This document shows, piece after piece, positions 1 to 8,815 of a DNA stretch of 20,000 bases. The notes beneath the pieces are model-generated. The model was not told the origin of the DNA. It saw nothing but the letters and a program-made list of their open reading frames with translations, and did not search any database. This DNA is from Thraustochytrium aureum (Eukaryota), in assembly GCA_012862495.1 (NCBI GenBank), contig BLSG01000157.1, positions 86,948-106,947 of the forward strand, read 5' to 3'. The first letter of the stretch is position 1, and each line of letters begins with the position of its first letter. Both the position numbers and the translations under genes were made by a program.

Positions 1-183
1 GTAGAGAGGACGGGCTCGTCGAGGAGGGAAAGAAAGAGAGGGAGCTTGCTCGCTGCGCGAAAGTGCGAGGGCGTGCGATTTGTGCGAAGGCAGGCGTGGA
101 GCGCGCGAGGTTGCTGCTGGGCTCTCACGCCCGGCTGCGGAGGCGGGAAGGGGGGGCGCGCGGCGCAGCGCGCGCTGGCCCGC

Positions 184-3100
184 ATGGGGTCGTGCAAGAG
201 TAAGCGCAGCGGGGCCAAGGAGGCGGGAGCGCAGATACCCACCGCGCGCGTTGCGGCAATAGGTCACGACCACGCGGACAATGTGGCGCAGAGTTTCGTG
301 GATAACAAGATCACGACGTCACGGTACACGATCTACAACTTTGTCTGGCTCAACCTGCGCGAGCAGTTCCGGCGCATAGCCAACGTTTACTTCCTGATCA
401 TATCCATCCTGATGATTTTGGGATGGTACGCGCCCCGGCTGTTCCAGAGCTCGATCAACCCGTGGGGCACCGCGTCGACCCTGATCTTCGTTCTTGGCGT
501 CACGATGGCCAAAGATGGCGCCGAGGACCGCAAGAGGCACCTTGCCGACAGAAGCGAGAACGCCTCGATCGTGCGCGTGCTGAGGAACGGCGAGCAGGTT
601 CTGCTCGAGAAGCGCGAGGTCTCCGTGGGCGACTACGTGCTCGTGCAGAACCGGGAGCCGGTTCCCTGCCGACCTCATCTTGATGGCCTCTCGGACGAGC
701 GCGGCCAGTGCTTTGNGGAGACGAGCGACATTGACGGGGAAACCAACCTCAAGATTCGCAGAGTGCCGCAGCCGCTACGCGACCACGGCATAGTGGATGT
801 AGCCACCTTGCCGAGCCAGGGGTCGTTCGAGACAGAACTGCCCAACAAGAACATTCACAACTTTAGCGCAGCAGTTCGGCTCCCCGGAGTGCAGAGCCCG
901 GCCGGGGTGGCCAACTTTCTGCTGCGCGGCTCTGTGCTCCGCAACACAAGCTGGATCGTCGGCCTCGTCGTCTACACCGGGGAAGACACCAAGATCATGC
1001 GGAACCGCGGAGAGGCCGTGTCGAAGCTCAGCAACGTCGAGTGCACCGTGAACCGGCTCATCGGGGTCGTCTTCCTGACCCAGCTGGTCCTCGTCGTCGT
1101 CTCTGTCGTGGTCAGCGCCATTCTCGAGTCCGAGCTGCCAGAGGGCGACCCGAACGCCGCTCTGCCGTATTGGCAGGGCAACTTTGGCGGAACCGCGCAG
1201 TTTATCCTCCCCACCTGGCTCGGCAACGTGTTCACGTTTTACATCCTGTACAGCAACTTTGTGCCAATCAGCCTGTACGTGACCGTGGAGATGGTAAACC
1301 TAATCCAGGCCGCCTTCATCAATCTCGACGCCGACCTCTACCATGCCGAGTCGAACACTCGCGCCCTGTGCCGCAATTCGACGCTCTGCCAGGAGCTCGG
1401 CCAGGTCGAGTATGTGTTCAGCGACAAGACCGGGACGCTGACGTGCAACATGATGGAGTTCAAGCGCGCCAGTGTGAACGGCCACGTCTACGACGCCGCG
1501 TCTGCTGCGCGCGCTGTGGCCGCGCGCGACCCGCACGTATTGCGTTTCTTTCGCCTGCTCGCCGTCTGCCACACCGTTGTCCCGGACACCGAGGCGGAGA
1601 AGACGGTGATCGCCGGGGTTCCGTGCCCTGCCTATGAAGCCGAGTCTCCGGACGAGGCCGCTCTCGTGGAGGCCGCCGCCTGGGCCGGCCTAAGGTTCGT
1701 GGACCGCACCTCGGAGACGCTGCGGCTCGTCGAGTTTGCCAGCGACGCGCAGGAGACGCGCGAGTACCGTATCCTTGCCGTCAACGAATTCAACAGCACG
1801 CGCAAACGCATGTCGGTTCTCGTCGAGGGACCCGACGGGCGCTGCGAGCTGCTCTGCAAGGGCGCGGATAATATCATGTTCGACATCTGCCGCAAGCCTC
1901 TCGAAGGCGAGCCCGCAGGCAGCGCAAACCACCCAGAGTCCATCGCTGCCGTGAACCAGCACCTGACCGCGTTCGCAGAGGACGGCCTGCGCACCCTGGT
2001 TTGCGCAGGCCGCGAGGTTCTCGCTCACGAGCGCGACGCCTGGCTTGCCGAGTTTCGGGCCGCGGAGCTCTCTGTAGAGGGTCGCGCGGAGGCGATGGCC
2101 GCCGTGGCCGCGAAAATTGAGCGCGACCTGCAAGTTTTCGGCGCCTCGGCCATCGAGGACCGGCTTCAGGACGAGGTTCCCGCGACGCTCGAGAGCCTCA
2201 AGAAGGCGGGGATCAAGGTCTGGGTGCTCACTGGCGACAAGCTGGAAACCGCCGTCAACATCGGCTACAGCTGCCGCCTGCTGAACAGCGGCATGCGCGT
2301 CGTCACCATCGCAACGGAGACCAAGCGGGAGGCCGCAGAGCAGCTCTTGCGCCTGGAGAACGTCCTCGCCATCTCAGAGGACAAGCGGCTCTTGAGCCGC
2401 TTCCGAGAACGGGTCAACCTCATGCGAAAGGCGGTAAAGCGGGCCATCCCCGCCTCGCTCTCGCGCAAGCGATCTGATTCCACCGCCAGCGAGGCTTCGA
2501 GCGAGGAGGACCCTGCCGAGGCGCGCCTCAAGGCCTCCGCCTCGCGCCTGGCAGATAACCTGGTGGCGAGTTCGCAGAGAGGAGGGACCTTGCACCAAAC
2601 CACAAAGCGCGGAGCCATCTCTCGCTCGCCCTCCGACGAGGATGCTCTGTCAGCAGGCGACGACAGCGCTGACCTCGAGTCGGGCCTCGGGGGTGGCCCA
2701 GACAAGGCAACGCCCCCCGCTGCCTCGTTTGCTTTGACAGGTGAAGACGACTCTGGAGTGCCTGCGAGGCAGTGGGTCTACGAATCCACTGCGCCTTACA
2801 TGCAGAGCAGCGAGGAGGTCGCCACAACCGACCACCTCGCACTCGTGGTGGACGGCAAGACTCTCTCCTTCATCATGGACGACCCGAGGCTCCGCAAGGC
2901 GCTCTTGCACGTCGGTCGCGTGTGCAAGGCCGTGATTGCGTGCCGCGTCAGCCCGTCGCAAAAAGGCCGAGATCGTCTCGCTCGTCAAGGACGGCGTGCC
3001 CGGCAAGCCGATCACCCTTGCCATCGGCGACGGGGCCAACGACGTGACCATGATCCAGCGCGCTCATCTGGGCATCGGCATCTCTGGACGCGAGGGCAAG

Positions 3101-4060
3101 GCCGCGGTCAACAGCTCCGACTTTGCGATTGCGCAGTTTCGCTTCCTGAAAAAGCTACTCCTCGTGCACGGACGCAACAACTACCGACGCATGAGCAAGG
3201 TCATCTTGGCCTGCTTTTACAAGAACATCATGCTGGTCTTTTCGGTGTTCATCTTCAGCTTCTGGACGCTCATGACCGGGACCTCACCGTACGACTCGTG
3301 GATTTACTCGGGGTTCAACTGGTTCACGGGCATGCCGCCCGTGCTCATCGGCGCCTTTGACTCTGACCTTTCGGCGGAGATCTTGCTCGCGCTGCCTGTG
3401 CTGTACACGTCTGCGCGCCGCGGCGACTACCTGAATCGCACCGAGATCCTGCAATGGATCGCGCGGGCGGCCCTGCACGGTATTGTCTGCGCGCTGCTGC
3501 CAATAGGGATTGGGCTCACCATGGGTATGCCAGACGATCTCTCCTCACTGTACGCGTTCGGGTCGGTCATGTTCACCGGGGTGCTCATGACCGTGATGCT
3601 GATCATCGGTCTCGAAACGGTCACGTGGAACGGGTTTCACTGGTTTTTCTTCCCAGGCAGCATCGCTCTCTACATGGTTGCCGTGGCGGCCCTGTCGGCA
3701 GTGCCTACCTACCAGTCGCTCGTTGGGGTCGCAAGCAAGCTGTTCTCGAACGCCATGTTCTGGGCGCTCGCGGTCTTCCTGATCCCGCTCACCAACTACA
3801 CCCTCGAGCTCCTGTTCAAGCTGGCCCGCACCGAGGCTCGCCCCACGCTGGTCGACCTGGCGAGGGAAGTCGAACTTGGCAAGTCGGCCCTTTCCCGAAA
3901 GGCGTTTATCGACCTCGTTGCCCAGGCACCGCTTCGCACGGTCAAGACCGGGGACATCGAGGACGTCATGGCCAGCACCTACTCGGACCGGGACTCGAGG
4001 CGCACGCTGGCCCCGCGAGTCGCTCGCAGCGCGTCGAGCGCCATTCTTGCTGCCGAGTAG
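184..4060 (+). CDS. P4-type ATPase (phospholipid flippase), interrupted by probable sequencing indels
   Basis: P4-ATPase motifs occur in order: DNKITTSRY...NLREQFRRIANVYFL, ETSDIDGETNLK, LLRGSVLRNT, YTGEDTK, TM4 FVPISLYVTVE, ELGQVEYVFSDKTGTLT (phospho-Asp codon 1423), CHTV, ESPDEAALV, EFNSTRKRMSV, CKGAD, GLRTL, IEDRLQDEVP, WVLTGDKLETAVNIGYSC, CRVSPSQK/AEIV, LAIGDGANDVTMIQ, GISGREG, SDFAIAQFRFLKKLLLVHGR, FYKN. ORFs 46..3360 and 2936..4060 join by deleting one A from the run at 2960-2964. Compensating indels at about 665 and 690 restore VPADLILMASSD. First in-frame ATG in the window is 184; TAG ends at 4060. Confidence 0.95.
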
Positions 4061-4204
4061 GCAGGCATCATCCGCAATCCACCGCGACGTGAACCAATGC
4101 ACGGCCAGCACAACTCTAGCAGGCTTGGCCTGCGTGTACAAAACAAAACTGATTGTCATACTCTTGCAATGTACCTCGTAACCTCGTGCATCTCTGCGGG
4201 TTGC

Positions 4205-4640
4205 TCATTCCTGCAGAGCGGCCTCTTTGCTCAGCACTGCATTCCGGCCAAAAGAAATCTTCGACGAGTTGATCGCGCTGGACTGCTCGATCAGCCTCGG
4301 CGTCAGCATCGTCTGAGTGGTCGTCTTGTTCTGCTGCGGGGGGAACTTGAATGCAATGCGGTCGATGCGCGACCGGTTGCGCTGATTATTCCGTGGCACG
4401 ATCGTGTTGTTGTACGGGTTGTCTGAGAGCTGTTGCCGAACGCGCTCTAGCTCGTTCCGCTTGTAGAAGAGCTCCTTCTCCATTCTCACGCGGCGCTTCG
4501 TCTCAGCGGCCTCCAGCTTGTCGCTGACCCTTTCTAGCTTTTTCATGCAGCTCGCGCCTCCGCGTTTCGAGCGTGCGCCGCCGCTCCTCGTCGCGCGCTT
4601 CCTCGCTCATGCCGTTGAGGACATAGTTGCCAAGTGGCAT
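4205..4640 (-). CDS. Hypothetical coiled-coil protein (about 144 aa), one frameshift
   Basis: ORF 4503..4754 from ATG 4640 (MPLGNYVLNGMSEEARDEERRRTLETRRRELHEK) joins ORF 4205..4546 (LERVSDKLEAAETKRRVRMEKELFYKRNELERVRQQL...) if one base is removed from the 5-base run at 4539-4543. The result is a continuous E/R/K-rich helix. No family recognised. Confidence 0.6.
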
Positions 4641-5575
4641 CCTCGTGACGGTCTGTCGCGCGCGTCGCGTGCACGCTCGACTCGGGTCTGCTGCGACTCG
4701 TTCGCGTGCCAGTGGTGGTTTCACAAGGGAGTGCAAGGAAAAGGTCGAGTGCAAGCTGCGAACGAACGGATCTATCCAGACTTCATGGACTCGGTGCGTG
4801 CTCCCGTCGCGGGGGCGTCGAGACGGCCCACAGCGCAGGCGTCAAGGGCTACCGAGCGTCTCTACTGCACTTGATGCGAGCGTACGGTGTCGAGCTGGCT
4901 GTTTCGGGGTTGGCGGATCGGCGTTTCCCGTTTGGTGGCGGCTGGTGCAGAAAACGCAAAAGTCCGCTCCGGCCTCCAGACCGCAGCGGCGGCCAGCCCA
5001 AGCAGCCGCGGCCAAGCTCTCCAAGGCGGCCTCGCGTCCCTAGCAGCGCTGGCGGCGCTGCTGTTGCTGGCCCTGCTGGTCGTGCAGGTGGTGGTCAGGC
5101 AGCTCGCTGCGCACGTTCACCGTGTAGCAGCAGCGCCTTGAATCGACCACGGCGCGCCTCGCTCCGCCCCGGTCGAGCGCGCAGCTCGTCGGCGCAGCCA
5201 GCAACGCGAATGCTCGGGGTGGGCGCCTGGCGATGGCCCGCAGCCAGCAACGCCAACCTGACATGAGACAGGTAGCAGATCTTTGCAAGACCAGCGAAGA
5301 GCAGATCTGTGTTCGCTGCTGCCGCCGCCTCGGCAGTCCTGCTTGCTTGCTGCGCTCGCGCGAGAGCAGCAGGAGCGGCGAGCTGGTCGGCCGGCCTCGC
5401 TCTGCGGCTCCCTGTACGGCGCCCTCTACGGCTTGTCCTCGGGCGAAGCGAAGCCGGCTCGAGCGAGCTGCCAAACAAACACCGGGCCAGCCTCGACCCC
5501 GGCGTGCCAACAGACGCGCCGCGGACTGGCCCAGCACGCGTGGACGCGGCGCTAGGTGTCGGTGAGCTCGGCAGG

Positions 5576-8021
5576 ATGGACGAGGCGGTGGCCTCGAGCG
5601 ATGGGGCCTGTGAAAAGCTGCACGATGGGGACGGAGCGCAGAATAAAGCGGCTCGTGACGGCGACTCGCAGCAACTCGACAACGATCGGGCAGGACAGCA
5701 AGGGCAAGCCGAGACGCGAGACAAATTGACAGGCTTGGGCGCAGCTCCCGCCAGTGGGCTGGAGGAGAGCGCCCCGAGCGAGCGAGGCAGCCCGACTTTG
5801 AGCGATTCGTCCGCACCGGCTGCCCCAACCAACCCGCCAGCCCAAAAGCCCCTAGGGCCCGACACAGTGCTCGACTTGGCGAGAGCTGAGAATGAAACGC
5901 GCGGGCAAGCGAGTCTGAGTGCGGGTGAGAGTGTCGGCGAGGACGCAAAGAGCGACGCGGAGGAGGAGGAGGAGGGCAGCGAGTCGGAGCCATTAGAAAT
6001 GCGCGAGGAAGGGGCGCCCGAAAGGGTCACGGTCAAGACCGTCGGGGGCGCGTTCGTAATTGGAAACCCCGTCGCCCTTACTTTCGAAGAGCTCATCCTC
6101 GTCGCACACCAGCGGCCTCGGCTGCCGGAGTCGTCCACGCATTTAGGAGAAGGTCAGCACCCGCTTGAAGCTCAACGCCAAAACGGCTTGGAAGACGAGG
6201 ATCGAGCTGACCGCGGCGCTGGAGTGCCAGTAGCAAAGCAGGAATGGTACCATCCTGACGGGTCCGCGCTCCGGCTCGGCCACAACGTCGCCATGAACCG
6301 GCGGCACCTCATGTACGATGTTTTCTTCTCCGGCCAGTCCATCGGGCTGACGCTCTCCTTCAAAGAGCATATTTACGTCCAGGCCCTGACGGGCGTCGCG
6401 GCGCAGCAGCTTGGTTTGATCAGCAAAGGCGACATCATCCTGAGTGCGTCTTGCGAAGCCGGCTGGATCCGATGCAGCGGCAACCTCCAGGACCTGACCA
6501 GCTTTATTCGCGCAAACGGACGGCCGATCATCTTGCGCTTCTGGCGCCGCCCTGAGCCGCTCCAACTTGGCTCGCTCCTAAAGTCGAATGCGCCTCTGGA
6601 GGTGTTCCTCAACTACCTGAACCGGTACATCGAGTCCTCCAATTACCGCGAAGTTGTCAAGAACGAGCGCACCTTGGAGCTCGAGCTTCGCAAGCTCGCA
6701 GCCTCTGAGAGGGGCCACGCGGAGAGACGCTCCAAATCTGACTCGCAGAAGACTCTGGCGGACGGCGACCTCACAGACGACGACGAAGAGGAGGAGGACG
6801 ACGACCAGCAGCAGCAGCAGCTCCAGGCAGGGGCAGCGCTGCCAGGCCAAGATGGCGCGGGCAGCACGGGAGGCCCCACCAAGCGGTTTCTGAACTCCCC
6901 AGTCGCCCAGGTCATGTTCCTCATTGAGGTGGTCAAGGTCAGGCAGCGCGCCAAAAGCGACGTGTTGCACCAGCAGTCCCAGCAACAGACGACCATGGCG
7001 AGGGCGCTCGGCGCCAAATACCTCATGAGGCGCACGTCGGACTTTAGCATCCACGGCGTATCAAGCGCGACTCCAGGACTGCTGTGGCACGTCAAGAGGT
7101 CGTCGAGACAGGGTCAATACAAGCGCTTGGCGTTCTGTACGACCATGTGCTCGACTTGGTTCGCAACGACACGTTTGCGTTGTTCTTGCACGAGCGGGAC
7201 GCCGAGACGGCACTTGAAAAATTGGGCGAGAAGAACGGCTGGAAGCTTCGCGTTTTCTCGCACATGGTGCGGTGTTACGTCCCGCTCGACATCCTGCTCG
7301 GCAACCGCCGGGCAGCGCACGCGTTCCTTTTGTATCTCGTGGCTTCTGGCCGCCCGGCGGAGACTGCGCTGCGCTACGTTGTGCTCCTGACGACGATGCG
7401 ATTCGGGCGTGCGGGCCCCGGCGCCCTTTTCGCAAGCACAGCGGCTTGCCTCCCTGACCGCGAGGACCTTATGTTGCGAGGTTATCGGGAGCCGACGGTG
7501 AATGAGGACGCGCTTTTGGAGCGCGTGCACACGCATGCGTCGGGGTTTCACCGCCAGTTCGTCACGCACCCCCTCGGCCGCCTCCTCATCGATGCCTTCA
7601 ACAAGGCCGCCGCGCCGCTGCCAGCTGGGCGCAACGACGAGGCGCAGCTAGACGCGTTTCTGCCCCGCCTCTCCGTGATGTTGCAAACTGCCAACCTCCC
7701 AGACATGATCGTTTTGCACCGCGCCGTTGCGCGCCCGGCGAGCCTGGCCGACCTTGACGAGCCCGCTGCACCGCCCCCTTTCATCAAGTTCGCAGCCGTC
7801 CTGGAGTCGCTCCCTGGCACTGATCAAGTGGTGGTTCTACAAACACTCCCGGAAGGCGTTGGCGGAGCTCAGCCTGTTGTGCCTCCGCAACTTGGCCGGT
7901 TTTTCTTGCCACACGGCGCCGCTGCCGACGAGTGCGCGGACTCCTTTCCAGACCCGCTCGTGTTCAACTTTCTCATGGGCGGCTCAACCTATGGAAGCTC
8001 GCTCGTCGTGTCACGTCCCTG
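5576..8021 (+). CDS. Multidomain signalling protein: acidic N-terminus, PDZ-like, RGS-like region(s), uDENN-like; 3' part lost in the gap
   Basis: ATG 5576 (MDEAVASSDG) lies in ORF 5309..7390, which switches to ORF 7084.. at about 7050-7085. PDZ-like segment about 6310-6550 (YDVFFSGQSIGLTL...IYVQ...GLISKGDIILS...LTSFIRANGRPIILRFWR). RGS-like helices: LGSLLKSNAPLEVFLNYL, VMFLIEV, ARALGAKYL, LYDHVLDLVRNDTFALFL, plus a second copy-like segment PLDILLGNRRAAHAFLLYL. uDENN-like segment about 7780-8021 (LGRFFLPHG...VFNFLMGGSTYGSSL). Domain calls are by eye only. Confidence 0.7.
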
Positions 8022-8565
8022 NNNNNNNNNNNNNNNNNNNNNNNNNNNNNNNNNNNNNNNNNNNNNNNNNNNNNNNNNNNNNNNNNNNNNNNNNNNNNNN
8101 NNNNNNNNNNNNNNNNNNNNNNNNNNNNNNNNNNNNNNNNNNNNNNNNNNNNNNNNNNNNNNNNNNNNNNNNNNNNNNNNNNNNNNNNNNNNNNNNNNNN
8201 NNNNNNNNNNNNNNNNNNNNNNNNNNNNNNNNNNNNNNNNNNNNNNNNNNNNNNNNNNNNNNNNNNNNNNNNNNNNNNNNNNNNNNNNNNNNNNNNNNNN
8301 NNNNNNNNNNNNNNNNNNNNNNNNNNNNNNNNNNNNNNNNNNNNNNNNNNNNNNNNNNNNNNNNNNNNNNNNNNNNNNNNNNNNNNNNNNNNNNNNNNNN
8401 NNNNNNNNNNNNNNNNNNNNNNNNNNNNNNNNNNNNNNNNNNNNNNNNNNNNNNNNNNNNNNNNNNNNNNNNNNNNNNNNNNNNNNNNNNNNNNNNNNNN
8501 NNNNNNNNNNNNNNNNNNNNNNNNNNNNNNNNNNNNNNNNNNNNNNNNNNNNNNNNNNNNNNNNN
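8022..8565. other. Assembly gap (544 N)
   Basis: Run of N. Confidence 1.
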
Positions 8566-8815
8566 CGATGTACACCTCGTCCTTTCTCCTTGCGCCACTT
8601 TCGCAGTGATGTGCTCTGGTCTGCACGGACAGAAGACAAGTAAAGACGGTGTTTTTAGCTTTTAAGGTGCTCATTGGGCCGGTAGGTGCACTGCTGTGCG
8701 GGCAGGCCTGGGATCCGGAGAGAATGAAGCGCAAGAACGCGCAGACTTGTCGAGGCCTTGGTTCAACGTGGCTGTCTCGCTTCCGGCGCCAAAGCGGCAA
8801 CCTGTGCCAACAGAC

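Noticed and set aside
4627..5575. Overlapping ORFs on both strands (e.g. 4706..5266, 5040..5993, 5095..6138)
   Set aside because: They are Arg/Ala/Pro-rich shadow ORFs expected in GC-rich DNA, or antisense to real genes, with no recognisable motifs.
7058..7076. 19-nt GT...AG micro-intron as the cause of the frame change
   Set aside because: Removal resumes at 7077, whereas the downstream coding frame needs 7078, so it does not restore the frame.
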